From assembly GCA_000146045.2 (NCBI GenBank), contig BK006938.2, positions 640,001 through 704,000 of the forward strand: a stretch of DNA of 64,000 nucleotides, read 5' to 3'. Each line of letters opens with the position of its first letter. Position 1 is the stretch's first letter. The DNA comes from TPA_inf: Saccharomyces. Its lineage: Eukaryota. The position numbers were made by a program, and so were the translations under genes. The notes under the pieces were generated by a model. It was not told the origin of the DNA. It worked only from the letters and a program-made list of their open reading frames with translations, and searched no databases. This document shows positions 31,269 through 42,723 of the stretch, one piece after another.

Positions 31269-33365
31269 ATGGTTTTTTCTTATGAGCACTATATGAATCT
31301 CCTTTTCCATTTGGATAACAGTAAAGAAACGGTGCCTCCAGAGATTGCAAAAAGAATAATTTCAAATGCTATAGCTCCTGTAATAACAGTTACTTCAACT
31401 CCTCTCTTCGACAAACATATTCAAGAAACGTACAAAGTAGATTCTCTCTATATGCTGCTGCGATTCTTTGGCGGTTGTGTCTCTGATAGAGATCAAGCCA
31501 ATGAAGCGAAGGTTGGACAGCATGAGCATGAGGTTTGTGATGCAAGTGACTCGACGGATTCAATTCCCAAAAATAAAAATTTGGAAGTGCCCAATTTATC
31601 AAAGAAAGGTAGTCGCAGTAGGTCGAATAGTCTTTTCCAGAGGGATTCAACGCAATCTCAATATATCAGGTTTACAAGGCCATTAGGTGACTTGATCGAA
31701 ACAAGAGATGCAAATGATATGTTATTCAATTACCATTCTTTAGAGGTATTCTTAGATAATTATTTGAAATTGGTTGCAGCAAATACTGATGAAATGGTTC
31801 CTCATAATCTTCTTAAGAAATCCATTTATCATAGTTTCTTTTCACTAGCAATTTCATCCACAAATAACTTATCGCCCTATGAAACTTTTAATCACCCTAT
31901 TCTTTCCTTGATTGCTTTAGATATATCAAATGGCGAAGTTTATGAGGATGCAAGAGATCTTTTAGTCAATTTCAAGAATCTTAATCATAATACTGAAAAC
32001 TTTCCTATCTTCATGAATACAAATGAAATGCTTCCAGTTTTCTTACTCTGCTACAATGACGATTCCCAAGAAGAATTCGAAAAATGCCAGGCGTTAGCTA
32101 AGAAACTAAAGAAGCAGTTGTTTGTTGAGAGTATCTTACTAGCACTCTGGAAGGATTCTTTTATTTACGACGAAAATTCAGTCATACAGTTACACCAACC
32201 AGTAATGTCATCGCTTGAAGAAATTCTCTTCTTCCTTCAAGCTCCAACTCAAACAACACTCTCTCTGGCTTTGATAAACTCGATCTATGATATGCTTGAT
32301 TATTTGGTTTATGATTTAATGATACCATTCATGAAAAGAAAAGTGTCATTCTGGGAAGAGACAATTTTACAGCCAAGAAAGTCGCTATTTAATGGTGCAA
32401 AGTTTTTCAAAAAATTTATGAATAAAAATCCTGTCAATGGTAATCACCAACATAATTCTCTAACGAGAGACAGCCAGGGAAATGAATACTTCGCATCGTC
32501 ATCTTCTGAGTTTTTGATGAGAAAGTTAGCAGATTGGTCTATGATGCTATCCGACTTCAAAACTGCTTATTCCACATACGAATCGCTTATGGATGACCTA
32601 GATGCATTTCCAAAGTACCTGGCATCATGCATCGAATGGTGCGCGGTATCACTATTGATGGGTGCGCAGAGCATAGTCACCGTGAAAATGATCAAAAACG
32701 ATATAAATCCTCTTATCGAAAGGGCATTAGCCACATACGAAAACTGCTCACGAATACAACGTGGTAAAGGCAAAGAATCAAACTCTTTGGATGTTACAGA
32801 GCCAGTGCGTTCGTATGAGACACGTTGTATGATTTTGGCATCTGAATTGTTTTTATCTTTAAGCAATACGTGGACATCTACCCCATACGCTATCCAATAT
32901 TTAGAAACAATTCTAGACGAGTGCAAGTTGGGACCTTGTTCACAGATAATGGTTTGGGAAAGGCTTAGTGACTGCTATAATTTGAGAGTTGACCCTAGAA
33001 TCAAACATAGAGTTGGAGCAATGAAGAAGGACGCTAAAGACACCGAAGATCTCCGAGGTGAGCATAAGTATAGCACAGATCATTTCACAGACGAGGACAT
33101 ATTATCGGAAGGGTTAACAAGAAGACGCAAGGCAGCTTTTTTTAGGTTAATAGCAGCTAAGAAGTGGGCAGAGCAAAAACAATGGAGACAGGTTTCTTGG
33201 TGCTTAAAAGATATTGAAAGTACCTATTCAGAGATCAAATTTTTGCATGGTAACGGTTTAATTTTAAGCAAACTAAAAAATCAACTCAATTTAAAGGACG
33301 TGGATTCTGCACCACGGCCCTCCGAAAAGAATCTTACAAGAACAAGTGTTAGCTTTATTGGATGA
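31269..33365 (+). CDS. TRS85: TRAPPIII subunit Trs85 (Gsg1)
   Basis: 698-aa ORF; the position and length match YDR108W. Confidence 0.85.
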   Translation: MVFSYEHYMNLLFHLDNSKETVPPEIAKRIISNAIAPVITVTSTPLFDKHIQETYKVDSLYMLLRFFGGCVSDRDQANEAKVGQHEHEVCDASDSTDSIPKNKNLEVPNLSKKGSRSRSNSLFQRDSTQSQYIRFTRPLGDLIETRDANDMLFNYHSLEVFLDNYLKLVAANTDEMVPHNLLKKSIYHSFFSLAISSTNNLSPYETFNHPILSLIALDISNGEVYEDARDLLVNFKNLNHNTENFPIFMNTNEMLPVFLLCYNDDSQEEFEKCQALAKKLKKQLFVESILLALWKDSFIYDENSVIQLHQPVMSSLEEILFFLQAPTQTTLSLALINSIYDMLDYLVYDLMIPFMKRKVSFWEETILQPRKSLFNGAKFFKKFMNKNPVNGNHQHNSLTRDSQGNEYFASSSSEFLMRKLADWSMMLSDFKTAYSTYESLMDDLDAFPKYLASCIEWCAVSLLMGAQSIVTVKMIKNDINPLIERALATYENCSRIQRGKGKESNSLDVTEPVRSYETRCMILASELFLSLSNTWTSTPYAIQYLETILDECKLGPCSQIMVWERLSDCYNLRVDPRIKHRVGAMKKDAKDTEDLRGEHKYSTDHFTDEDILSEGLTRRRKAAFFRLIAAKKWAEQKQWRQVSWCLKDIESTYSEIKFLHGNGLILSKLKNQLNLKDVDSAPRPSEKNLTRTSVSFIG

Positions 33366-33519
33366 CTTTATGGAAAATTCATGTTTTGAGTATAAATTAT
33401 ACGTACGAATCTTATAGATATATATTTTTCTTTTAAAACTCCATTTCAGCTCATAAGCCGATACAAACACCTTCTATATATTATTTCTCTAACAGCTATG
33501 TTAACATGATTGCCTTTGT

Positions 33520-35667
33520 TTATCTACTAAAGGACCCTTCTACTTTATCTACCATACGCCTATATTTTCTCTGTGTTTCAATCATATCGAGAAAAATTTG
33601 GTACTTCGTGTCTAAAAGAATTCTATCTGGATGAGTTTTCTCATTTGGATTGACAATTCTTGCATTACCCGTTAGCTCTTGCATAACTTTCCATAGAAAA
33701 CTTGTCCCGTTATATCTTCCCTCTCCTAGGCTCTCCTGTCCCACGGTCAATGAAGCATCCTTACTACTTTCCTCAGAGGTTTTGTCAAGTGGTTGTTGTG
33801 TGCAAATCGGAAGAGAATAGTTATTTATTTTGGCAGGCGCACTTGGAGTTGAAAGTTGTAGATTATGTGGGGATACAAAGCCATTTGTCGAGTTTCGATC
33901 TTCCATTGATAACTTTTGTATCGACGAATATGAATCGTTAAAACGTTCCGTCTTTGTCTGAGAAGATTTTTGGCCTTTGAGAGTTCTTTTTTCCCTGGTA
34001 TAATCAAAATCTTCACTTGCTGCAGCCCCAAGCAAGGCAGAACCAAATACAACTGCAGCGTCAACGTATCGAGGAATCACTATCGGCAGGCCAGTACAAT
34101 CAGCCAACAACCTCATCAACAAGCTATTTCGACACTGTCCACCTGACATGAAAATAGCATTTATTTCATGCCCACTTTTTAGCATTACTTCAATGATTTG
34201 TCTTGTTTGTTGTGATATGAATTCACAGGCACTCAAATACATAACCGCTAAGTCTTCAATTGAGTTATCCATAGATTGTCCTATAATACAAGCGCGCATA
34301 TTCGGATCTGCTATCGGTGATCGATTACCGTGATAGTCACCATAAAAAAACAAGTGCTTAGCTAAAGAAATAACAGATCTTACTTTGCGCTTCTCGACCA
34401 AGGTTTCAAGTATTTTGTTTAAATATTCGAATTTCGACACACCTGCCAAATTAGCCATATGGGATAGCTCAGTGAAAGCTGGATGCGTCGTTATTAAATG
34501 ATCTAAAAGAACGCCTGTACAGCTTTGGCCGCCTTCTGCCGCCCAAAAGCCTCTTGCAAGGACATCTCTATAAGGCCCCCAAACGCCATGGACAAATATA
34601 GGGTTTTTTGATAACAAAATATGACACGTAGACGTACCGGCAACAGCTGCCAATCTGCCAATTGCACCATTGAAATCCTTTTTATAATTTTCGGTCTCGG
34701 CAAGACCTTTTACTGCTGATTCCGGCTTGGCGGCTACCGTCCCTACCCAGCCTGCATATGCATCAATAATTCCTGAACTTACTACACAATGCTCTGTCAA
34801 GCCTAATTGACAGGCAGCCTTTTTATCTAACGGGCTGATACATTCACCTGCGGTCAGAAAGTTTTTTTTTTCCCTTAACGATCCACCCAGTCTTTCAAAA
34901 TCATTCTTCGTAAGCTCTGAAAGCCCAATTGAATTTAAGAATTCTTTGGACCAGCCTATATCGGAACCTTCGACACCCACTGGTAGAAATCCCTGCTTAC
35001 AAACAGCAGAACAAAATGACCTATTCTCTTTTCCCGTGGCTTTGAAAGTCAAGTAATCCGGAAGGTCAAAAAACTTACAATCCTGAAAAATTCCAGCTTC
35101 TAAGTTGTTCTTCAACCACTTAATCTTCGGAATTTCCATTTCAACAGACATTTGCCCTCCCACATATTTTAAACATTTATCACCAGATGAGTTGATTTCT
35201 TCAGTCTCCTTCATCGCCCTATGGTCCATCCATAATATGATATTCTGGTCATTATTGGTAAAATCCGGTCCAACTGCAATTTCTTCAAAATTGGTAGCGG
35301 ATACGACTACTAAGGAACAAGTCGCATCAAAACCAATTCCACGAACTCTTTCAGGGTCAACTCCTGATTCTTCAACAACAGTTCTAACACAATAGCAAAC
35401 TGCATTCCAGATTTCTCTTGAAGACTGAGTAATAAAATTGGATATCAATTGTTCCCTTTTTATGGGTTTTTCTGCTAGCGACAACATGTTACCAGATTGA
35501 TCGATAACACATGCCCTTGCAGAGCCTGTTCCGACATCTACACCAACGTAGAATTTTGCTTCTGGATCTTGTGGAGAAATGCGAGAAATCGAGGTTTCCT
35601 GTGACGACAATACCGCTGGCTCCCGTGTTTCATTTTGCATATTGTTTTGGCGTTTCCTGCTTTTCAT
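33520..35667 (-). CDS. FGGY-family carbohydrate kinase (ribulokinase-like) YDR109C
   Basis: 715 aa with the FGGY N-terminal motif region (YVGVDVGTGSARACV) and a C-terminal FGGY domain. Confidence 0.85.
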   Translation of the reverse strand: MKSRKRQNNMQNETREPAVLSSQETSISRISPQDPEAKFYVGVDVGTGSARACVIDQSGNMLSLAEKPIKREQLISNFITQSSREIWNAVCYCVRTVVEESGVDPERVRGIGFDATCSLVVVSATNFEEIAVGPDFTNNDQNIILWMDHRAMKETEEINSSGDKCLKYVGGQMSVEMEIPKIKWLKNNLEAGIFQDCKFFDLPDYLTFKATGKENRSFCSAVCKQGFLPVGVEGSDIGWSKEFLNSIGLSELTKNDFERLGGSLREKKNFLTAGECISPLDKKAACQLGLTEHCVVSSGIIDAYAGWVGTVAAKPESAVKGLAETENYKKDFNGAIGRLAAVAGTSTCHILLSKNPIFVHGVWGPYRDVLARGFWAAEGGQSCTGVLLDHLITTHPAFTELSHMANLAGVSKFEYLNKILETLVEKRKVRSVISLAKHLFFYGDYHGNRSPIADPNMRACIIGQSMDNSIEDLAVMYLSACEFISQQTRQIIEVMLKSGHEINAIFMSGGQCRNSLLMRLLADCTGLPIVIPRYVDAAVVFGSALLGAAASEDFDYTREKRTLKGQKSSQTKTERFNDSYSSIQKLSMEDRNSTNGFVSPHNLQLSTPSAPAKINNYSLPICTQQPLDKTSEESSKDASLTVGQESLGEGRYNGTSFLWKVMQELTGNARIVNPNEKTHPDRILLDTKYQIFLDMIETQRKYRRMVDKVEGSFSR

Positions 35668-36101
35668 ATAGCCTTAATAATGTACTTTGCAGATGTTTGT
35701 TCCTTCGTCTCTTTACATCTTTTCATTGTACTCAGCGGTCTGGGTGTGCAGCTTTCCACATTTACTAATACTGGTCTGTAGCATTTAGTCAAACGGGTGT
35801 TATAAAGGTTCAATTTCTTCATCATACCTAACATTGTGATCGAGGTTTCCAGGAAGAGCTTATATATATCAAAACAAGAAACCCAGAGTATCTTTACCCC
35901 CACATTCAATATGAGGTGTCAGCCATAATTATTTACATGATAATACTGATATTTTTTCTTTTTCGCGATATATTGAAAAGAAAAAAAAATTGCGAGGTGA
36001 TTCCTCATCGCATGTATTCATTTTAACGACATTGAATTAAGCCTTCAGGGGGGAGAACAATTTAACGATTGTGTGAGTGTGAATTTGTGCTGAGGATAAC
36101 A

Positions 36102-37802
36102 ATGACGAAACCGCGTTACAATGACGTGTTGTTTGATGATGATGACTCGGTACCATCAGAATCAGTTACGAGGAAATCGCAGAGAAGAAAGGCAACGTCA
36201 CCTGGGGAATCAAGAGAGTCCTCAAAAGATCGTCTACTGATACTTCCCTCTATGGGGGAATCATATACTGAGTACGTAGACTCTTATTTGAACTTAGAAT
36301 TATTGGAAAGGGGAGAAAGAGAAACACCAATCTTTCTTGAATCTCTGACAAGACAACTAACGCAGAAAATATATGAACTAATAAAAACAAAATCTTTAAC
36401 TGCAGATACCTTGCAACAAATAAGTGATAAATACGATGGTGTAGTGGCAGAAAACAAGCTGTTATTTTTGCAAAGACAGTATTATGTTGATGATGAAGGA
36501 AATGTTAGAGATGGCCGAAATAATGATAAAATATACTGTGAGCCAAAGCATGTATACGACATGGTGATGGCAACACACTTGATGAATAAGCATCTTAGGG
36601 GTAAAACATTACATTCCTTTTTATTTTCTCATTTTGCCAATATTAGTCATGCCATCATCGATTGGGTCCAGCAATTTTGTTCAAAATGTAATAAAAAGGG
36701 CAAAATTAAACCATTGAAGGAATATAAACGTCCTGACATGTACGATAAACTACTACCAATGGAAAGGATACATATTGAGGTATTCGAACCCTTCAATGGA
36801 GAAGCTATTGAGGGAAAATATTCTTATGTCCTTTTATGCCGAGACTATCGCTCTAGTTTTATGTGGTTATTACCACTTAAGAGTACCAAATTCAAACATC
36901 TTATCCCAGTTGTTTCCTCACTTTTTTTAACATTTGCTAGGGTTCCAATTTTCGTAACATCAAGCACTTTAGATAAAGATGATCTTTATGATATTTGTGA
37001 AGAAATTGCATCAAAATACGGTCTCCGTATTGGCTTGGGTTTGAAGAGTTCTGCGAGATTTCATACTGGGGGTATACTGTGCATTCAGTATGCTCTAAAT
37101 AGTTATAAGAAGGAATGTCTAGCCGATTGGGGTAAGTGCCTAAGATATGGCCCTTACAGATTCAACCGAAGGAGAAATAAGAGAACGAAACGTAAACCTG
37201 TGCAAGTACTACTTAGTGAAGTTCCAGGTCACAATGCCAAGTTTGAGACTAAGAGAGAAAGGGTTATAGAAAACACATATTCCCGTAATATGTTCAAGAT
37301 GGCAGGTGGAAAAGGTCTTATATATTTGGAAGATGTCAATACTTTTGCCCTTGCTAATGAAGCGGATAATAGCTGTAACAATAATGGAATTCTTCATAAT
37401 AACAATATAGGAAATGATAACTTTGAAGAAGAAGTGCAAAAACAATTTGATCTAACTGAAAAAAACTATATCGATGAGTATGATGATTTGGCACATGATT
37501 CTTCAGAGGGCGAATTTGAACCTAATACCTTAACTCCCGAAGAAAAGCCTCCTCATAATGTCGATGAGGACCGAATAGAGTCCACCGGCGTGGCAGCCCC
37601 AATGCAGGGAACAGAAGAGCCTGAAAAAGGGGATCAAAAAGAAAGTGACGGTGCATCACAAGTAGATCAAAGTGTCGAAATAACTAGACCAGAAACTTCC
37701 TACTATCAAACTCTGGAATCGCCGTCAACAAAACGACAGAAATTAGACCAACAGGGTAATGGAGATCAAACAAGAGACTTTGGCACATCAATGGAATTGT
37801 AA
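36102..37802 (+). CDS. FOB1: rDNA replication-fork-barrier protein Fob1
   Basis: 566 aa from the first ATG ([16 protein letters not shown]). The six-frame ORF starts 11 codons upstream only at a TTG. Confidence 0.9.
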
Positions 37803-38009
37803 TAATATGTAGGATAGAATGAAAGGAGGAGTCACCATAGGTGAAAAAAAAAAGCACCTATTGCATATAAAGTATTCAAAAAGGTGTTGAAAGCTCTTCC
37901 TGTATATGACCCTGTATTTAATGTACGCGGTTAAAAAATTTTTATATTTTTAAATAAGTATCAACTTGGATAATATGATCTTGCCCGCAAGGTGGTTTTA
38001 TATGAATAA

Positions 38010-38013
<4 letters not shown>

Positions 38014-38048
<35 letters not shown>
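38014..38048. repeat. 35-nt poly(dT:dA) homopolymer in the FOB1/ALT2 convergent 3' intergenic region
   Basis: An uninterrupted T run visible in the sequence. It also produces an artefactual poly-K ORF at 38010-38192 on the minus strand. Confidence 0.95.
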
Positions 38049-38052
<4 letters not shown>

Positions 38053-38240
38053 GAACAATAGATGCAGAGGAATGCTCCAAAATTTATTTCCTTGAACAAT
38101 ATTACAAGAGGCAGATATATACTTTTCCTTATTTCCCTTAGTAAAGAATGATGCATGTATACTATTACAAATTTAAACTTCACCCCCACCATGGATGCAA
38201 AACAAATAGAAAGCCATTATCATTAGTTTTTTTTTTTCAT

Positions 38241-39764
38241 TCAATTACGATACTTGCTGAAGAAATCTTGATGAAATTCTTTCCAGTCTTGAATCCATTT
38301 AGTCCCTGGAGCCAAAAACGTTGTTCGCACATGATAAGTCCCGGGTCTTTGTCCGAACCCAGACCCTGGGACAGTACAAATACCTGTAGATTCTAGCAAA
38401 GATGTGCAATAGAACTCATCAGGTTCGATGCCAAGGCGTTCGCTTTCACAAAGAGCTTTCTTAGGTAAAACAAGCCTAGGGAAAAGATACATTGCACCCT
38501 GAGGTTTTTGGCATTCGATACCCTCTAGTTCCTTAAACGTCTCGTACAATAAGTTTGCTCTCGTACGCATTTCATGAAAAATTTTCAGCCTTTCGTCATG
38601 ATCTTGTTCATAGGACTCGTCTCCAGGCTGGGGTGGTTTGACCATTAAATCAACCACAGCTTGTCCTGTGACAACAGAACATATGGATATAGACATGAGT
38701 TTGAAAAGAGCATCTCTTATTTCTTGAGAAAACCCAATAATTTCCATGTAACCGCCTCTTTGGCCGCACTCATCCATGAATCCTTTAGAAATGGAGTGTA
38801 AAGAGGCGAGCTGAACGTTATCGAATTTTCCTGGATAAAGATGCTGCAATTTTCTTAGGACTTTCTTCATCGAATGAAATTTAACATCGTTGAAAATGTT
38901 TTCTTGATAGACCTCATCAGAAATGATTGTAATGCCGTATTTCGCAGCGATCAAACAGATCCTGGCAATGGTTTCTTCAGAAAGAACTGCACCGGTTGGG
39001 TTACCTGGATTAATAACTATCAGCACAGATGGTCTGATCTGTTTTTTCAAAGCATCTTGCACTACTTTTTCAATTTCGTCGCTGTTTGTAGACCAATTTG
39101 ACTCCTCATCTAAGTAGTATGGCAGCACTTGTGCATTGAAAAGAGATGCGGATGCAGTATAAAGCGGATACTGCGGAATTGGAATCAGCAGGCCTGTTTG
39201 AGAATCTTTACACAATAAAGATAACAAAGAAGTTGCCGCGGACGAAGCGCCAGTGGTTAAATAAATATCTTCCGGTGTAGCGGGCTCACCGCCGTCTCTT
39301 CTAGTAATGAAGTCAGCAACTGTTTGCCTTATTCCTGGCACACCTTGAGAATGCGAATATGCCCCTATAGAACCGCCAATATCATTCAAGAGGCGCTCAG
39401 CTCTTTCCAAGGCGTCCCTGGAAAACAAGTTCAAAGAAGCCAGTTCATTATGGCCTACTCGTAAAATTTCCGGGTACTCCAGGATGGCCAGTACTTGCCT
39501 GGTAAAGGTCAAAGGCTTCTGATCCAGTTGCTGCGGATTACCAATGTTCGCATTGATAATATCATCGAAAGGCAAAACTTCTGGGTTTTTTTTCAATTCC
39601 TCTTTTAGCTCGTCAGCTCTGGTTGGAATAGCTCCTCTTACAGCATATTCTGCCTTAGTGACACCTGTATTCAAATCTTTTTTAGTAATCTTGCCAGCGG
39701 GCTTAAAATCCAAATCCTTTGCGGTGAACACACCTTTCAAATCCTGTTGGTGTGTCATTGTCAT
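38241..39764 (-). CDS. ALT2: Alanine transaminase paralog Alt2 (class I/II PLP-dependent aminotransferase)
   Basis: 507 aa with an aminotransferase fold and the PLP-lysine region SISKGFMDECGQRGGY; the length matches YDR111C. Confidence 0.9.
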   Translation of the reverse strand: MTMTHQQDLKGVFTAKDLDFKPAGKITKKDLNTGVTKAEYAVRGAIPTRADELKEELKKNPEVLPFDDIINANIGNPQQLDQKPLTFTRQVLAILEYPEILRVGHNELASLNLFSRDALERAERLLNDIGGSIGAYSHSQGVPGIRQTVADFITRRDGGEPATPEDIYLTTGASSAATSLLSLLCKDSQTGLLIPIPQYPLYTASASLFNAQVLPYYLDEESNWSTNSDEIEKVVQDALKKQIRPSVLIVINPGNPTGAVLSEETIARICLIAAKYGITIISDEVYQENIFNDVKFHSMKKVLRKLQHLYPGKFDNVQLASLHSISKGFMDECGQRGGYMEIIGFSQEIRDALFKLMSISICSVVTGQAVVDLMVKPPQPGDESYEQDHDERLKIFHEMRTRANLLYETFKELEGIECQKPQGAMYLFPRLVLPKKALCESERLGIEPDEFYCTSLLESTGICTVPGSGFGQRPGTYHVRTTFLAPGTKWIQDWKEFHQDFFSKYRN

Positions 39765-39852
39765 GTGTTCTTACTTCTTCTGTGTTTACCACTTACAAAA
39801 ACAACACTACTGTGGCGCTCCTTCCCTTTATTCTTATCTTTTATGCCTCTAG
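39544..39852 (+). CDS. Dubious ORF YDR112W (102 aa) overlapping the ALT2 5' end antisense
   Basis: Short, low-complexity, and antisense to a conserved gene. Confidence 0.2.
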   Translation: MFALIISSKGKTSGFFFNSSFSSSALVGIAPLTAYSALVTPVFKSFLVILPAGLKSKSFAVNTPFKSCWCVIVMCSYFFCVYHLQKQHYCGAPSLYSYLLCL

Positions 39853-40495
39853 AGATATGAGGAAATATTGGGGTATTTACTGAATGAGAAAAGGATGATG
39901 TCAGTCAAGAAAGGATCAAAAAGAAAAGTGAACAGAATATAGTTCCCACACGAAGTAGTAAATTTAGCTATCCTAAAAGTGTATTGGTAATTTGAAGAGA
40001 TATGTAGATGTACATATGGGACCATAAGAGTAGGAAAAATAAAATAAAATCGCCAAACAAGTAGGAGAAGCCTCAAGATACAAGCCGTTTCCATGGAGAA
40101 AATATTGCGAATGAGGCCAAACTTGAACTTTTTTTTTTTCTGCTAAAAAATTCAGAAAAAAAATGAAATTATTTTCTTAGGTATAATGAAGTAATTATGA
40201 CGAAGTACTTTGAGAACCCATAAAGAGAAGCAATTGAAGACGTGTGGAGGACATCAGCCCGCAGCACATTAGTAGAAACAATAGTATCGTGATGTGATCC
40301 CTCTTGGACCCTTTGCCAATCAAGGGTGAAGCGAAGCCATTTAAAACGTACGAACAATGGCGGTAGTTGAGGTATGGGTGAGGCCGCAGATTAAATCCCG
40401 GCGGCAGGAGCAACCGCTTTTAACCAGAATTGTATGTTATAAAGTATCTGTATATACGTGTATATATGTTGTGTGTATGTGAATGAGCAGTGGAT

Positions 40496-41617
40496 CTAAG
40501 TAACTAAGTCCTCTAGTTCTTCAGGATCGAGGCCTTCTTCGCTGTACACTAACTCCATGGTTGGGACGGCGGCAACTTCTTTGAAGTTCTTAGACAGCAG
40601 TGGTAACGCTGCACCTTCTTCTTGATTCCGAGTGATGCACTCAGTCTCATCTTTTTCGCCTTCTTCATCAATTTGTTCTAGTGGGAGTAAATCAACTTTA
40701 TCTGGGGTGTCATCTTCGTCTTCCAAGTCAAGCTTATATGGTGAGTTGAACGTCTTCAGCTTTTCAATATCATCTTGTTGAAATGGGGAATAGCCTTCTG
40801 GTACATACGGTAACGGCTCCTGCCTCTGTGGTGCTATTTCGATATCATAGTCATCAGTTTTATCACTTTTATCGTTTTTAGTTTTTTGCTCATTCTTCGT
40901 GGAGTTCTTTATGAGTTGTTGCAGACCACCTTGCTCATTAAATAGTCCTAGGCCACCATTTAATTCATTTTCACCGTCGGAGGAATCCTGTTTTAAAAGT
41001 GCACTTTGGAGTTTTTTGCCAAGTTTACTCTCGGAATCTTCATTACCTTCATCATCGTCGGAACTCTCTTCATTTTTACCTGAATCTGCAAGATCTTTTA
41101 AAACTAGACTTTTCATTTTAGGTAAAGCATTATAACCAAGGACAGAACCGTACTTTTGTAACTTTCTTGAATTGCTTAACAAATCATTATGGTTGGCCCT
41201 ACTACGACTGCGAGAAATTTGCGAAAGTTTCCTGAGTTGGTCGTTTTTGCGTATAGATAGTGTATTCTGTAGTTGTGGTAAGTCTGCATCTTTACTCTGA
41301 TTAGAAGTTTCGGGAAAAATAAAGCTTTTCGATCTATTGTTGTCTTTTGCTGCCAGAGGCAATCTTCCTTGTTGTTGCGCATGGGTATGCAACCTTTTTG
41401 TGGGTGACACCTCCTTCCCTCCTTGTATGTACTTTAATGTGTTGCCATTGTTGCTGTTCGCATCCCTTTTGAGTTGGTCCAATCTTACAGGTGGTTTTAA
41501 AATATTAGAGTGCGACCTTTTCAGCAAGTGAGCCGGCGTCTGTGGAAAGTTAATGCCGGAACTTTCATTCCCTGTATATACGATATTATTCTCTTTATCT
41601 TCGTTAGCTGGCATCAT
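40496..41617 (-). CDS. PDS1: Securin Pds1
   Basis: 373 aa with an N-terminal KEN box (MMPANEDKENN) and a destruction box RLPLAAKDN (RxxLxxxxN). Confidence 0.92.
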   Translation of the reverse strand: MMPANEDKENNIVYTGNESSGINFPQTPAHLLKRSHSNILKPPVRLDQLKRDANSNNGNTLKYIQGGKEVSPTKRLHTHAQQQGRLPLAAKDNNRSKSFIFPETSNQSKDADLPQLQNTLSIRKNDQLRKLSQISRSRSRANHNDLLSNSRKLQKYGSVLGYNALPKMKSLVLKDLADSGKNEESSDDDEGNEDSESKLGKKLQSALLKQDSSDGENELNGGLGLFNEQGGLQQLIKNSTKNEQKTKNDKSDKTDDYDIEIAPQRQEPLPYVPEGYSPFQQDDIEKLKTFNSPYKLDLEDEDDTPDKVDLLPLEQIDEEGEKDETECITRNQEEGAALPLLSKNFKEVAAVPTMELVYSEEGLDPEELEDLVT

Positions 41618-41795
41618 AAAGGTTTATTATCTAGCACTTAATCTAGCTTGGTACCGCAGAAGTGTAATAGTATGTGAATGGGAAAAACCGCTAGCAACCG
41701 TTACTTGCCTTCGCCGAATATTGATTTAAAGCTGCATTTATTTTGTTTGTTTATTTTGTTTGTTTTTCTTTTTGACCTCTTACACGAGTTTTTTG

Positions 41796-41801
41796 ACGCG
41801 T
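41796..41801. promoter_or_regulatory. MCB element (ACGCGT) about 180 bp upstream of PDS1
   Basis: An exact ACGCGT match; PDS1 is cell-cycle regulated. Confidence 0.45.
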
Positions 41802-41923
41802 TTGAGATCTTTGTGTGAAAACGATAAGCAACCTACGCTAACAAATACACACGTCGCACGGAAAGTGATAGTGAAGCAGATATTTCTCGCAAATCCTATG
41901 TTATCCGTAAAATAAATCCAACC

Positions 41924-42492
<569 letters not shown>

Positions 42493-42723
42493 AATTTCAC
42501 ATACTATTCAGATAAATTTGAATACTTCTTGTACATAGGTATCTAATGATTATGCAACATACACTTTCACTATTATTCAAAAATAAAAGAGCAGTTACTT
42601 TATTCCACTTTAAAAAGACGGTTACTTTGTATGTACATGATTTTATATAAAAAGAAAGAAAATGCACCAGTATATATATATATACAATTAAAAAAGTCCA
42701 ACAAGACAAAACTGATTCGCTGA

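Noticed and set aside
36069-36101. FOB1 ORF extended by 11 codons ([11 protein letters not shown])
   Set aside because: The start codon at 36069 is TTG. The first ATG at 36102 gives the 566-aa Fob1.
38010-38192. 60-aa ORF ending in poly-lysine
   Set aside because: It is an artefact of translating the 35-nt poly(dT) tract on the minus strand (AAA codons).
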